Source: Callorhinchus milii
Lineage: Eukaryota
Length of the DNA stretch: 64,000 nucleotides
NCBI RefSeq assembly: GCF_018977255.1
Contig: NW_024704771.1
Coordinates: 3,348,001-3,412,000 of the forward strand
Direction: 5' to 3'
The notes under the pieces were generated by a model. It made no database searches, was not told where the DNA came from, and was given only the letters and a program-made list of their open reading frames with translations. Positions 1 through 13,200 of the stretch are shown here, in pieces. Numbering within the stretch: the first letter of the stretch is position 1; every line of letters begins with the position of its first letter. Position numbers and translations under genes: made by a program.

Positions 1-289
1 TGAAGTGCTTTGAGACATCGCAACAAAGTGATAAGGCGTTATATGAAAATGCAAGGTTTATTATTATTATTATTATTATCAGTTGAGGATAAATGAACAT
101 AACTAAAGAACATGATGCAGTGCAAAAAGGACAAGTAATACAGCTAATTGCAGGAGGGCAAAAGCAAAATAAAAAACACAACAACAAGGATCAATAGGAA
201 AATAAACAGGAGATAAAAGAAGCAAAGCAAGATTTATAAAGTTTGTATGTTCATCTCTGCAAAAGTTTTCCCTCCTGCCCTCACACAGT

Positions 290-1270
290 CACCTGTGGCT
301 CCATCCTTGGCCTCCTTCTTTTCCTCATTTACATGCTCCCTCACAGCGATGTGGGGTAGACTTCCACATGTTTGCAGATGACACCCAAATCTACTCCTCA
401 TCCGGCTGTGACTCGAGGTCTCCGGATGTCCTATCAGCTTGTTTGCTGGACATTAAGTCCGAGATGAGTACAAACTTCCTGCAGCTGAACATCGACAAGA
501 TGGAAGCCATATCCCTTTGGCTCCCGTGAACATCTTCTCTCCTGCGGCTCATACCCCCTCAACCTCCATAGTCTATCCCTAACACTCACCAAATCTGTAC
601 GTAACAGTTAGGTTCGATCACTAGCTGTCCTTCCTACCCCACATCCGGTCCCTGACCAAGACCGTTTCCTCCATTGCCCAACTCTGACCCTATCTCTCTC
701 CAATGCAGCCCAAGATTCCTGCCCACTGTTTGTCACCTCCCACTGTCACCTCCCACCTCGATTATCCGAATGCCCTCCTTATTAGTCTCCCCAACTCCAC
801 TATCCACAAGATCCAACTAATTCAGTACTCCATTGCCCAGATGCTCCCCCTAACTACACCCTGTATTACACCAGTCCTCGCCAGGCTCCACTGGCTCCCT
901 GTCGCAGAACAAATCGACTTCAAGACTCACAATCCCTTCATCTTCAAATCCCTTCATGCCCTGGCAAGCTCCCTATCTCCCTGACCTGCTTACTCCCCAT
1001 TCCACCATTCGCTGCCCCGCTCAGCCAGCTCTGGCCTCCTGCTTGTCCCTTGTCCCCTCCACCATTGGCGGCCTGGTTTCAGCCACTACGTCTCCCTCCC
1101 TCAGACCTTCCACCTTGACTGCACCTCCTCCTTTTTCAGATCACGCCCTGAAGCCTTTCCAATTCAACAGTGTTTACGGTCATATCCTCCCTACCCCCAG
1201 CTTGGCGTCAGGCTCTGCCACTGCCAAGCTTTCTGAGACCCTATATCAATGCAAGTTGTTGTTGGTGGTG
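290..1270 (+). mobile_element. Degenerate L2-clade LINE, 3' portion (RT C-terminus and tail)
   Basis: Encodes FHMFADDTQIY (RT YADD-like motif near 362) and LDY.N / ITPVLARLHWLPV..QIDFK, typical of the L2 ORF2 C-terminus; ends in a (gtt)n-like tail. Boundaries approximate. Confidence 0.85.
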
Positions 1271-1495
1271 ACAAGTAATACAGCCAAGTGCAGGAGGGCA
1301 AAATAAATAAAAATATCCCAAAATCGACCAAAAAATCGACCAATAGGAAAATAAAAAGGGAGATAAGGAAGAAAAGGAGGGTTTATAAAATGTTTGATTC
1401 CCTCTCCCCCATGTAATCCCTTCCCCCACCACCTTGTATTCCCATAAACAAGAGACAGAGAATCACATGGAAATTGGGGTGAAACCACGTCACTG

Positions 1496-4204
1496 TTAAT
1501 ACAATGACCGGCAGATTGTCAGAGGCTCAGGGTTTATCCCGAAAATATTATACCCGAGACTGAAGAGAGGATAAAGTTTCTCAGTAAATGTTTGGGTGAA
1601 AGTGTGGAGATGAGACATGTTGTCAGCGTTGTAAAATGACACCTGTCCCCCCTCATAGTCCAGGTACACCCCGATCTTCCCGGGTCTCACTGTCAGGGGC
1701 AGGGGGGTGGGAGGGGAGGACAGAGCATGATAGTCCCCCCCCCCCAACCGCAGACCCCAGACCCCACCCTCTGGTGACCAAGTGATTGGTTGTTTCCTGT
1801 TGACGGACTCTCTGGCCACCCCGACATCCCACTCAGTCTTGTTGCCCACCTGCACCTCCCAGTAATGTCTCCCTGATGTGAAGCCCTCAGATCCCAGGAC
1901 GATGGGATAGTAACTAAACCTCTTCGGGATGTCAGGGAGCGGCTGCTGTTTGTCTCCGTCTCTCACGCTGGTCCGGTCCTCAGACAGGATGAGCCAGGGA
2001 TGGGCTGTGTCAGGATCCAGAGTCAGAGCGGCCGGAGCTAAGAGAGAGAGAGAGAGAGAGAGAAGTAACATAAAGTGAAGTGATGGGGTCACGGAGCAGG
2101 GGGGCTGCAGGAGGGAGGGTGGGCACTAGGGTGACAGATCCACATCAGAGGGTTAGATGGTGAATACAGGATAAACAGCACTAATCGTGTGCCGCCGGCA
2201 GAGTGCGCCGGTGAGTGACTGGAGCCGCTCAGGTTCCAGGTGAGTGTCAGATATTCACACACCTTCAGTCTGAGAATGGGAGACATGTACCGGGGCTGAT
2301 GCTGTGTATTATCTCTCTCCAGACTGCGTACTGTATAGGCCCTTTGTATATCCCCACCGGCAGATCACCCTCAGACACTGACAGCTCAGAACCCTCCTCG
2401 CTGATCCTGAAATAAGAAATAAGAAATATAAAGTGAAACTACACGTTGTGTTTGGTTTGCGCATTAAATTCTGGGATTAAATTTTCTAAAGATCGTTTCA
2501 ACAACAACAACTTGGATTTATATAGTGCCCTCCGCGCTGGACGGCGTCTCAGAGCGCTTCACAGTAACGGATCCCAGGGCCGGGATTTCATACCTTCTCG
2601 TCCGAGCGCTTTCCTCCTAAAGAAATAAAACACAGACAAATCTGAGCTCACACTGAGGCACAACATTGTCAACTTAGATGCAGTGAATAGAATTGTACAG
2701 CACAGTTTATTGGGATCAAAACAATAATAACAATCCTTGCATTTGGTTTAGCGACTTAGCATTTCAAGACGTCTCAGTGTCTTTCATGGGATAGTCTGTA
2801 AAGTGGAGTGAATGTGTTTTGTGGACTTTACAGGAATGTTTAGTCACTCAATGTCTCCAAAGACAAGAAAGTGATGTTCAGGTATTTAGGTGTGGTTGCG
2901 GACAGGGACACACAATGAGACTCGCTTACAGACACACTCTCACACCCAGAAACTTACAGATACTCACCTGAAAATAGAGTAAATAGAACAGGATTACACT
3001 GTCATTAGAAGATAAATGATAACATTCTCACGCACGGATAAATAAATGTTAATCCCAGGATAACCACAGCTGAGGTGTCCCTGGATGTCGGCTTTGCAGG
3101 GACACTGCAGACCCTGAGAGTGACTGATGTGGGTTTAGTTCTGTACCGAGTGACAGCAGCAGAGTCGCTATCAGAATATATCAAATAATCAATAAAATCA
3201 CTGGGCTTTTTAACAGTCAGACATTGATTTTCTGCTCCAGACTGTGTGTAACTTTTACTGAACTCAATTATAATTTAATCTCTTTACCTGCAGAAAGGTG
3301 AGTGTGTCTTTTTCCAACTGTCTCTGTAACTCTGAGAGATTTTTTTGGACAGAATCTAAATTTCTTCGAATCTCTTGCAGATTATTCTCCATTCGGTGTA
3401 AAACCTCCTCCTCTCGCTTTCTGAGCTCTGTCATCATACGCTGCTCTTTGTCAAAAAGACTCTGGTGCATTTTAGCAAACTCAAGTGCCATGTAGTTCTG
3501 TAGACTGTCCGCCTGTTTCTGCAAAATTAAGCGTCGGACATCACACTGCGCACAGTAAAGAGAGAAACATGACTGAGAGCCCAGACATCAGCCCCGACAC
3601 GACTTACCTTAACTTGCGAAACCTTTTGTTTCTGTTTAAGTTCAGCTTCTAGAGCAGCGGCCTTCCTCTGTGTGAGAGAGTCTAAGGATGCTTTCATTTT
3701 ATCCTGGAATTAAACATAAGCAGTGAGAAACCTCTTGTTTAAACAAACACAGAATGAGGTACGACTGAGCACAATTGATGAGCTGGTGATTACCTTATAA
3801 ATCTGAACAGCCTCCTGTATTGGCTTGAAGTTGTGATTTCTGTGTCTATGAGCATCTCTACAAATCAGACAGATCAATTTCTTGTCAGTTTCACAAAACA
3901 GCTTCAGTTCCTCCTGATGTTCCTCACAGCGACGCTCACTTTGTCTCAGTGTCGGAGTCAGGCTAAGACATCGAGCTCTCTCCACCAGACTCATCAGGGC
4001 CCGATTAACCCTCAGTTTACTTTTACCAACAACCTGTCGACATTCAGGACAGGAGTTCTTCTTCTGTGTTTCCCAGCTCCGCATGATACAAGATCGACAG
4101 TAGTTATGGCCACACTCCAGAATAACGGGATCGGTAAAGAGATTTAGACAAACGGGACAGTTTAGCTCCTCAGTCCAGCTCTGATCCTGGTGTCTGGACG
4201 CCAT
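1496..4204 (-). CDS. Intact class IV TRIM E3 ligase (RING-B-box2-coiled coil-PRY/SPRY B30.2), about 472 aa; TRIM35/39/nuclear factor 7-like
   Basis: Six GT-AG exons: 4204-3794 (RING CPVC..CGHNYC..C..CPEC, B-box CEEHQE..C..C..C..H..H), 3703-3608 (96 bp), 3518-3288 (231 bp), 2616-2594 (23 bp), 2406-2291 (116 bp), 2037-1496 ([25 protein letters not shown]). The 96/231/23/116 exon sizes are typical of this class; 1419 bp in one frame. Confidence 0.93.
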
Positions 4205-4559
4205 GTTCACCTTCAGTTCTCTCTGGTTCTAACTCTACTAACAATCTTGGGGTGTCTGTGGTGTGTGTGACCCGCCCTGCATTAGAGTTCACTTCACTCG
4301 CTATTCGATGTATCTTCAACGTTGTAGCTGGGATTGTGACTAAAGTCCAGGATTGAACTGAAGAGATTAATGGGTAAACAGGACAAAGTTCATTCCAGTG
4401 TGGGCGAGGAGACAGGGCGAGAAGATAACAAACCCAGAGAGTGTGGAACGAGGAAAAGAAACTGGCTCCAACAATCCTGATCTCTCTACTCTCCACATGG
4501 ACACTTCCCTATTGGGGACTAGTTATACTTCTTATAAAACGATTTAGTCAATCGTCAGA

Positions 4560-5510
4560 ACAGCAGCAGCAACTTGCACCCGCTACGCAGGGTATTGTCT
4601 CAGAGTGGCAGAGCCTGACTCCGAGCCGGGGGGGGGAGGTGGCCATAAGCACGTTCGAAGAGGAAACTTGAAAGAGGGGAGGGAAGGGGCCTGGTGGAGG
4701 GATTGTGGGAGAGTGTTCCAGAGTTTGGGGGCTGAAAACACGACCTCCGATGGTGGGGCAGAGGGTGTGAGGGACGAGCAGGAAGCTGGTGCCAGTCGAG
4801 TGGAGGAGCTGGATGGTGGATTGGGGAGTGAGGAGGTCGGAGAGGTAGGGATGCGCCAGGTCGTGAACAGATTTGAACACAATAGTGAGGAGCTTGAAGT
4901 CGATCCATTCGGTGATGGGGGAAGCCAGTGGAGCCTGACCAGAACTGGTGAGATGTGGGTACAGAGTTTGGTCTGTGTCAGCAAGCTTGTGAACGGTGGA
5001 GCTGGGGAGACAGGCGAGGAATGTGTTTGAGTAATCCAAGCAGAAGGTGGCAAACGCATACACGAGGGTTTCAGCTGCATTTGGGATAAGGTACGGTCGG
5101 AGGTGGGCAATGTGGCGGAGGTGGAAGAAAGCGATCCTTGTCAGGGACTGGATGTGTGGGTGGAAGGACAAACACCTAAGTTGTGCACTGGTTCGGTGAG
5201 TCTGAGGGAGAACCCAGGGAGGTTGAGGAGTTCAGATCCACAGGAGTGAAGACGTTGATGGGAGCCAAGGAGTATGGCTTCCGTCTTGTCCACATTCAGC
5301 TGCAGGAAGTTTACATTCATCGAGGCCCCTGATGTTTGCCAGACTAGTTGACAGAACATCGGCAGACCTGGAGTTGGTACTGGAGGAGGCAAAGTAGATT
5401 TGTGTGTCATCCGCAAACATGTGGAAGTTTACACTGTGTCTGTGGATGACATCACCCAGAGGGAGATATAGATAATGAAAAGAAGAGGGCCATGGATGGA
5501 GCACAATTGG
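4560..5510 (-). mobile_element. Degenerate L2 LINE 3' fragment
   Basis: Minus-strand FHMFADDTQIY, NFLQLNVDKTE, LDYSN and LHWLP motifs in shifting frames. Confidence 0.85.
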
Positions 5511-6389
5511 ATGCCATGTTTTGTTCACACAATGTATAGTTGATTCACTTTACAGTATATTCTGTGAGGCGCTTTGAGATGTCTCAAAGATGTGATAAGG
5601 TGCTATATCAAAAGCAAGGATTATTATTATAAACACTATGGTCACTACAGCCCCCACAGAGACACACCCTCACTCTCTCTTATATCATTTTGACAACATT
5701 TTTCTTTTTTTTTAAAACCACTCCTTAAACTTCAGCAAAATCTTCAAATTATATTATATTCGGTTGAATTCTGCTGCTTAAACATGTTGCACCATCTCTC
5801 TATCTGTTCGCTGATCAACAATATTTCCTTTTATAACTCAAACCCAAATAAACTTCAAGTACTATTGACCCGACATCCGGTCGTCACCACAGATAACCGG
5901 CGCCATCTCCTCCTCCTCCTCGTGTTAAGCTCTTCCTGCGGGAGGTAAGACAGCAGCTGCCGGGACTCGCTCCTCGAGCACTGTCCGCCCTTCCCGCACT
6001 TGTGTGATGCGTGAAGTGACTCCCACGATGTATGTGGTGGCCACTGTCTCCCTTCACACACTACCCGCCTGTGGCTGCCTCCCGTTCCCGCTGTGTCTGT
6101 GAGTCTGTGTGAGGGGAGGTGACGGCTCCCAGAACCAAGTGTTTGACACACACACCTCCTGGCACTCTCTGCCTTTTGACAGCCCATAGTATTAGATGGT
6201 GGCCCCCAGGACAGACCCTCTCAATGGTCACCATTTCACTGTCTTTGCTTCCCGCCTACACTAAGCAGGGAGTTCTGTTCGCAGGGGGGATGTCAATGTT
6301 TTACACAAAGTCTTCTCTTCCGGTGCTGAAGTTCACCTTATTTATAATTGTAAATGCGTCTGACATCAATGGTCTGATTCTCACTCTAG

Positions 6390-6490
6390 TTACAATCACT
6401 CTGGATCCTGACAGAGCCAATCCCAGGCTCATCCTGTCTGAGGGTCTTTGTGACTCCGTAGAGATCCTGGAATGACCGGAGATGGACACA
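6390..6490 (+). pseudogene. Relic PRY-domain exon start of a plus-strand TRIM/B30.2 gene
   Basis: ctctag acceptor followed by VTITLDPDRANPRLILSEG (compare [17 protein letters not shown] in the intact gene); homology is lost after about 30 codons. Confidence 0.7.
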
Positions 6491-6821
6491 TGAAGAGTGA
6501 TGGAGCAGTCACGTCACCACAGACCAACTGCTAACAGTACGTGGGCTTTGCACTGAGCGTGGGGAGAGTTTATGTCGGTCTATATACATGCATGGCTCCC
6601 TGTTGAGATCAGATTTTTATTGTTTCTTATCTGGATTGTACCTAAACTTTGCTCCAAGGTATCGGATACCAACATTAATCCAGAAAATCTTTCCTCCAGT
6701 TTCACTCTGGCTGCTGATACAATAGAAACCGATGAGCAGAGAGAAGACACTGAAACTCAGACCAACAGCAGGTGGGTTTTACGTCACTTTTGATCCAGAT
6801 CATGTCATTCAGTCACCAGTG

Positions 6822-7190
6822 AAGTCCGGTAGTGTAGAGGTTAGAGCACTTGCCTCACAAGCGAGAGAACCCGGGTTCGATTCCTGGGCAAGGCAAAACC
6901 TTAGGCAGCTTTCCTTATCTCATATGCCTCTGTTTAACCGAGCAGTAAGCAGGAAGCTGATTACAAGTTGATTGACAGATCGCTTTCTTGGGGTAATAAT
7001 CCTTACAAAAAAAAAGTTCACTGAATCCATGACTGTTTGTGGGACACTGCTGTGTGCAATTAGCTGCCGCGTTCCACTGACAGAATACACAATGAATCCG
7101 TTTCACAATGTGTTCTGTGAAATGCTTTTTATACGTCTAAACAACGTAATAAGGTGCTGTATCAAATGCAAGGATTATTCTTATTGTTAT
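6822..7190 (+). mobile_element. tRNA-derived Deu-domain SINE (older copy)
   Basis: tRNA-like head with B-box ggttcgattcc, central ctgtttgtgggacactgctgtgtgcaatt motif, 3' end atcaaatgcaaggattatt. Confidence 0.8.
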
Positions 7191-7289
7191 TACATTGTAC
7201 TAGTTACACTAGTTACCAGTTATAGAGGATCATTGGAAAGTACCCCAGAGAGACGTGAGGCTCAGAGGATGACGTTACTTAACCTTAAG

Positions 7290-7820
7290 TAACCCCTCAC
7301 CGCAGTCCACCACCGTCTCCATCCGTACCTCATGACCATAGCAGCCGAAACCCTTGTCCAAACCTTCGTCACTTCCCAGCTGGACTATTCAATGCCCTCC
7401 TCGCTCATCTCACCAGCTCCACCAAGCACAAAATTCAACTAATTCAAAGCTCCGCTGCCTGATACTCACCTGCATCAAACCGTACCCACATCATACCAGC
7501 CCTTGGCAGGCTCAATTGGCTGCCAACTACCGAATGGATTGACTTCAAGATCCTCTCACTCGTTTTCATATCCCTTCATGCACTCGCACATCGCTTACAT
7601 CCCCACTCCACCACCCGCTGCCTCCGCTCAGTTGGCTCCAGCCTCCTGTTTGTCCCTCGAGCCCTCCATTCCACCATTGGTAGCCGTGCCTTAAGCCACA
7701 ACACCCCAAAACTCTCTCCCTCAATCTCTCCACCTTGCTCCCTCCCTCCCCACCTGTCTAAAGACCTTTCTCTTTGATCATGCTTATGGTCACCCCCACC
7801 TCCACCACCCCCTTACTTTG
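7290..7820 (+). mobile_element. Degenerate L2 LINE 3' fragment
   Basis: Similar to the other L2 tails here (cagccgaaaccctt, ctggactatt, gattgacttcaagatcctc). Confidence 0.7.
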
Positions 7821-7927
7821 GAGGAAAGATCTTCTGGATTGATGTTTGTAGCAGATAGTTTATTTTGAGCAAAGCTTACACACTGGGTACAATCCACACA
7901 CAAACCAATGGAAAGCTGATGTCAACA

Positions 7928-8750
7928 GTGTTGGGAAAAAGGAAGCCCGGGTTCGGTCAAAAGACTCGGCAAATACCAAATATGGCGTGACACACCTTTG
8001 AATGCTTTATTTTGATACCCAACAGGTAATATCAATCATACAATACAAAGAAAGTTAAATGATCCAATAAGCAATACTAGAATACAATGATTATATCAAA
8101 GCAGAATGATTATACTTGATTATATTATATAAAAAAAACATTGTTTACATGCAGTTAAGAAATACTCATACTACCAGTTCACAGGAGTCAACAGCAGCCG
8201 TTCTTCATGTTCTCTCTCTTGAGCCCGAGCAGCTTAGTGATATACTCCCAAACTTATTATGGTGACCCTCTGATCTCTGCTCCCGGGCTGACTATCTCCC
8301 TCTTGAGTCGTCCTGCTCTTCTAACCATTCTCAACTAGAGGTGGACTAGTCATACTCTTTCTCCAAGTATTCTTTTCCTACGGCCGCTCTACTCATTTCT
8401 GATACTGTCACATACTCAGGTTACTCAACCTGGCTTGGAGCCACCCTGACTTGAGTCTCCACGAGGTCTTCCCTCGTGGGGAAGCCAAAATGATTGATTG
8501 GTTTAGGGCCGTTTCTGGTGATCATTATTTTGTTATGTGGGATCGTTAGTTCATTTCTTTTAAGTGAACGGTCATTTCTTATCAGTATCCCGGGATGGTA
8601 CCAAAGTCCTTCAGCTTAAACAACTTGCTCGTTAGTTCGCTATTCTTGAGGGTTGCCTTCGGTTGTTTTGCCCTGTCAGAATCCAGAGACTTATTGCTAA
8701 GCCGAGATGCTGTGTCGACCGACCGGTACCTTGGACCGTTATCTCTGTGG
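7928..8750 (-). mobile_element. Probable LTR fragment at the breakpoint that truncates TRIM copy 2
   Basis: On the minus strand it ends ...tttcccaaca like the LTR end at 28198 and has an AATAAA about 80 nt upstream of that end. Homology to TRIM intron 5 resumes abruptly at about 8752. Confidence 0.45.
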
Positions 8751-8950
8751 CTTGGAGGGAGGGAGGGCGGGGCACTAAGGGGCGGTGTGTGAGCTGGTGA
8801 AAGACCCACATCAGAGGGTTAGTTGGCGAATACAGGATAAACAGCACTGATCGTGTACCGCCGCCGGCAAAGGGCGCTGGTGAGTGACTGGAGCCACTCA
8901 GGTTCCAGGTGAGTGTCAGATATTCACACACCTTCAGTCTGAGAATGGGA

Positions 8951-10975
8951 GACATGTACCTGGGCTGATGCTGTGTCTCATGTCTCTCCAGACTGCGTAC
9001 TGTACAGGCCCTTTGTATATCCCCACCGGCAGATCACCCTCAGACACTGACAGCTCAGAACCCTCCTCGCTGATCCTGAAATAAGAGACGTTCACATTAT
9101 AAAGTGAGACTACCCGTTGCGTTTGGTTTGCGCAAATTAAATTCTGGGAATATTTTGCAACAGACTTTTCATACCTTCTGTCCTCAGCAGCTTCCCCCCT
9201 AATTAAATAAAACAGATAAACGCGAGCTCACACCGAGACACAACATTGTAAGCTCAGATACAGAGAATAGAATTCTACAGCACGCAGTTTTACTGTAATT
9301 ATTGCAGAAATGTTAGTCACTCAATGTTGTCTCCAAAGTCCAGAAAGTTCAGATGTAAAGTGCATTTGTGAGTTTATAGACAGGGACTCTGAGACCCCCT
9401 TACAGACATACACCCCCCCCATACACATCCTCACACCCAGTAACTTACAGACACACATCCTCACACCCAGTAACTTACAGACACACACCCTCACACTCAG
9501 AAACTTACAGATATTCACCTGTAGATAAGGTAAGTAGAACATTAACAGGATTACACTGGTAATTAGAAGGTAAATGATAACGTTCTCGCACTGATAAATA
9601 AATGTTAATCCCAGCTGACGTGTCCCTGGATGTCGGCTTTGCAGGGACACCGCAGGCCCTGGGAGTGACTGATGTGGGTTCAGTTCTGTACTGAGTGACA
9701 GCAGCAGAAGTCGCTATCAGAATATATCAAATAATCAATAAAATCACAGGGCTGTTTAACAGTCAGATTTTGACTTTCTGCTCCCAAACTGTTTATAAAT
9801 TTTACTGAACTAATTTTAAATTAATCTCTTTACCTGCAGAAAGGTGAAGGCGTCTTTTTCCATCTGACTCTAACTCTGAGAGTTTTTGTTGAACAGAATC
9901 CAACTTGCCCTGAATCTTTCACAGATTCTTCTCCATTCTGTGTAAAATCTCCTCCTCTCGCTCTCTGAGCTCTCGGATCACACGCTGCTCTCTGTCAGTG
10001 AGGCTATGGCGCATTTTAGCAAACTCTGCCGTGACGTGGTTCTCCAGACTGTCCGCCTGTTCCTGCAAAATGAACCGTCAGCCATCACACTGCGCACAGT
10101 AAAGAGAGAAACACGACTGAGAGCCCAGACATCAGCCCCGACACAACTTACCTTCACTTGTGACATCTTTTCTTTCTGTTTCCCTTCAGTTTTTAGAGCA
10201 GCGGCCTTCCTCTGTGTGAGAGAAGCTAAGGAGGAGTTCACTTTATCCTGGAGATAAACAACAAGAAGTTATATTTATATGGGGCCTCATGTCGGTGAGA
10301 GGTCCCTACGGGCTGGACTCAAGCTGGGGTTTGGAATCAAGAGAAGTGGAGGGCGGCCAAAGGCACGGTCAAAGAGGAAGGGCTTCAGGGTGGCACGGGA
10401 GGGTCGAGATGGGGAAAGTTAGAAACGGCCATGATACGGATGTGAGGTTTAAAGGATAGTTGAGGGTCAAACACGTTCCGTACTGGTTCTGTGAGGCGGA
10501 GAGTGGATTTGTGAATACGGATGCTAAGGTGAGGAGGAGCTGACGGGAGCCAAGCAGGAGGGCTTCCGTCTTGTCAGTGTTCAACCGGAAACACGACGGC
10601 ATAAAATGATTTAAACTTGAAAATGTAAAGTGGAGTAGAACGAATCCCGTGTGAGGATCCTTTTACCTTGTAGATTTCAACAGCTTCGTCAATGGGCAGG
10701 AAGCTGTGATCTCTGTGTTTGTTCCCGGGAATCTCTGCAAACTGAACACATCGATTTCTTGTCAGTTTCTCAGAACGTCTTCAGTGCTTCCTGGTGTTTC
10801 TCACAGCGACGTTGAATTCCTGTCGGGGCAAGTCTTAATTCCTGAGCTTTCTGGGCCAGATTGGCCAGAACCCAATTGGTCCTGAGGTTCCTTTTCGGCA
10901 AAGTCTTCTTACATACAGGACAGAAGCTCGCCTCCGGCTTTTCCCAGCGCCACGTGATGCAGGAGCGGCAACTCT
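8951..10975 (-). pseudogene. TRIM pseudogene (copy 2), tandem paralog of 1496-4204
   Basis: Exon 1 remnant about 10975-10667 (second half of RING CRSCI..CPVC; B-box with in-frame TGA); exon 2 10247-10152 (96 bp); exon 3 10062-9834 (229 bp, TGA at 9919-9921); exon 4 9198-9175 (24 bp instead of 23); exon 5 nearly identical to copy 1; PRY/SPRY exon and start of RING missing. Confidence 0.88.
9400..9515. repeat. About 30-bp tandem repeat (acacacatcctcacacccagtaacttacag), 3-4 units
   Basis: Directly visible; a single unit occurs at the paralogous position near 2925-2960. Confidence 0.8.
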
Positions 10976-10996
10976 CCAGTTGTGCAGTCCCTGTAG

Positions 10997-11358
10997 TGTC
11001 CTGTAGTGGTGGTCAGGGTGCTCGCCTCGCAAGCGAGAGGACCCGTGTTCGGTTCCTGGGCAGGGCCAAAAGCTGGGCACGTAGCAGTAAGTAGGAACCC
11101 GGTTGTTAGTCGAGTGGCGGATCCCTTTTCCGGGGGGGGGTAATCCTTGAAAAAAAAATTGGGGTCGCTGAATCCACAACCGTTTGTGGGACGCTGCTGT
11201 TGCGCCATTGGTTGCCGTGTTTTGCCCACAAAATACACAGCCAACGCACTTTGCGGTATACTCTGTGAAGCGCTTTGAAACGCCTCGAAGACGTGAGCCG
11301 TTGCTGTCTCAAATGCAAGGATTATTATTAATTATTATAATTATTATCATTATTATTA
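10997..11358 (+). mobile_element. tRNA-derived Deu-domain SINE
   Basis: Head gtcctgtagtggtggtcaggg, Deu-like core, (att)n tail; sits where the 5' half of TRIM copy 2 exon 1 is lost. Confidence 0.8.
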
Positions 11359-11482
11359 CACACACAGCTTGTGAGATCACAATCCTCCCCTGACCTGACA
11401 TTCTGTGACACCCTCTCTCTCTCTCTCTCCCTCTCTCTCTGTCTCGCTGTCCCATTCTGCCTCTCCCTACCTCCTCCCCTCT

Positions 11483-11523
<41 letters not shown>

Positions 11524-11573
11524 CTCTCTGGCTCCGCTTCTCCTCTGTTTCTGCCCGCCGCCTGGGCCAGACA

Positions 11574-13200
11574 ATGGCAAATACAGTTGTGTGGTTGCTG
11601 CTGAAAGCCGCCGGCTTCCTCTTCCTCAGTCTGCTCCTCATCTGGGTCGGGACTATTGAGATGAAAGCCAGCGTTCACCTGAGAAACCGTCAGCAACAGA
11701 CAACAGGTACAGCGCAGCGCTGTCTCTCCACCCTCTTTCCCCCCTCTCTCTCGAGGGCATTATCCCTCCTCTCCACCCTCTTAACTCTCTATCCAAACCT
11801 TCATCCCTCCCCTCCGCATTCTCTCAGTCACTCTCCATGGCTTAATCTCTCCCATCCGCGCGCACTCGCTTCAGCCTCATCCCTTCCCCTCTGCGCTCTC
11901 TCTCCACACCTCCTTCCCTCCTCTCCCATCGCTCTGTTTCTCTACACTTTTATCCCTCCCCTCCGCACTGTCTCACTCATTATCCTTACACACCTCTATA
12001 CCTCTGCTCTGCAATCCCTTACACTCTCTCCACATCTCTGTACCTCACCTCCTCATTCTCTTACTCCTTCTACACTTCCATTCCTCCCCTCTGCACTCAC
12101 TCACTTCCTTTAGCTCATTCCCTGTCTCTCTCTCTCTCTCTCATTGTCTCTGTGTATCTCTGTCTCTCAGCCTGTGTCTCTTTTTCTGTACTCTTGTCTC
12201 TATTTCTGTTGGTCTCTATCTGTCAGTCTCTATCTGTGTGTGTGTGTCTCTCTCTCTGTCTCTCAGTCTCTCAATCACACTTTTTTTCTGTCTATCACTT
12301 TCTGACTCACTCTATCTCTCTCTCACTCAGTCTCACTATCTCACTCTATCACTCACTCTCACACTCTGTATCTGTCTCTCTGTCTCACTCTCATGTCTCT
12401 CACTCTCAGTCTATCTCACGCTCATTCTCTCAATCTCTCGCTGTCTCAATCTCGCTCTGGCACTCGTCTCTATCACTCTCTCTGTCTCTGATTCTCTCTG
12501 TCTCTCACGTTCTGCTTAGTCTCTCAGTCTCACGCTTTCTCTGTCTCTCTGTTCCACACTGTCTCACTTTCAGTTTCACTATCTCACTGTGTCACTCATA
12601 CTCTGTCTCTGTCTCTCACTCTATCCTGCCTCCCTCTGTCACTCTCACTCTGTCTCTCTTTCTCTCTCAGTCTCTCTGTCTGACTCTCACTCTTGTCACT
12701 TTGTCTCTATCACGCTCTGTCTCACTCTCTGTCCTCTCACTCTGTCTCTCTCGGTCACTCTCACTTTCTTTCTATCTCTATTTCTCTATCGCCCACTCTC
12801 TCTGTCTCACTTTGTTTCTCACTCTGACATTCACTCTCCCTCAGTTTCCTTGTCTCTATCACTCTTTCTGCCTCTCTCTCTCTGTCCCTCTCTCTCTCTC
12901 TCTCTCTCTGTCTCCCATTCTATCTCTCAGTCTGTCACTCTCTGTCTCTCAGGACGTGCGCAGTATGGGCTGCTGTCGGGGTCTGTGTTGGGGCCGGGCT
13001 GGGAGCTAATACTGCAGTGGTTGGGGCTTCGGCCCACGGATGTCTCTCTGGGATTTTTCCCACTCTTCGATCCCGCCATCGTCTCCAAGTTCCTGGATCT
13101 CTTCATCTTCCTGCAGCGCAGCGAGGCGGCTGAGCTCCTGTGGCTGTGGCTGGGCGACGAGGACGTAACGAACCTGGCCCTGCACTCCATCACCTGCTAG
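11574..13200 (+). CDS. Uncharacterised small membrane protein, two coding exons, 126 aa
   Basis: Exon 11574-11706 (acaATGg; MANTVVWLLLKAAGFLFLSLLLIWVG hydrophobic helix; GT at 11707) joins in phase 1 to exon 12953-13200 (after ctctcag; GRAQYGLLSG...HSITC*). Both are complex-sequence islands within CT microsatellite; AATAAA at 13674-13679. Confidence 0.65.
11720..12950. repeat. Degenerate (CT)n / polypyrimidine low-complexity tract (intron)
   Basis: Directly visible CT/CA-rich simple sequence. Confidence 0.9.

Noticed and set aside
12152-13009. 285-aa Ser/Leu-rich ORF and similar ORFs at 58804-60710 and 17215-17535
   Set aside because: Translations of CT/GA microsatellite.
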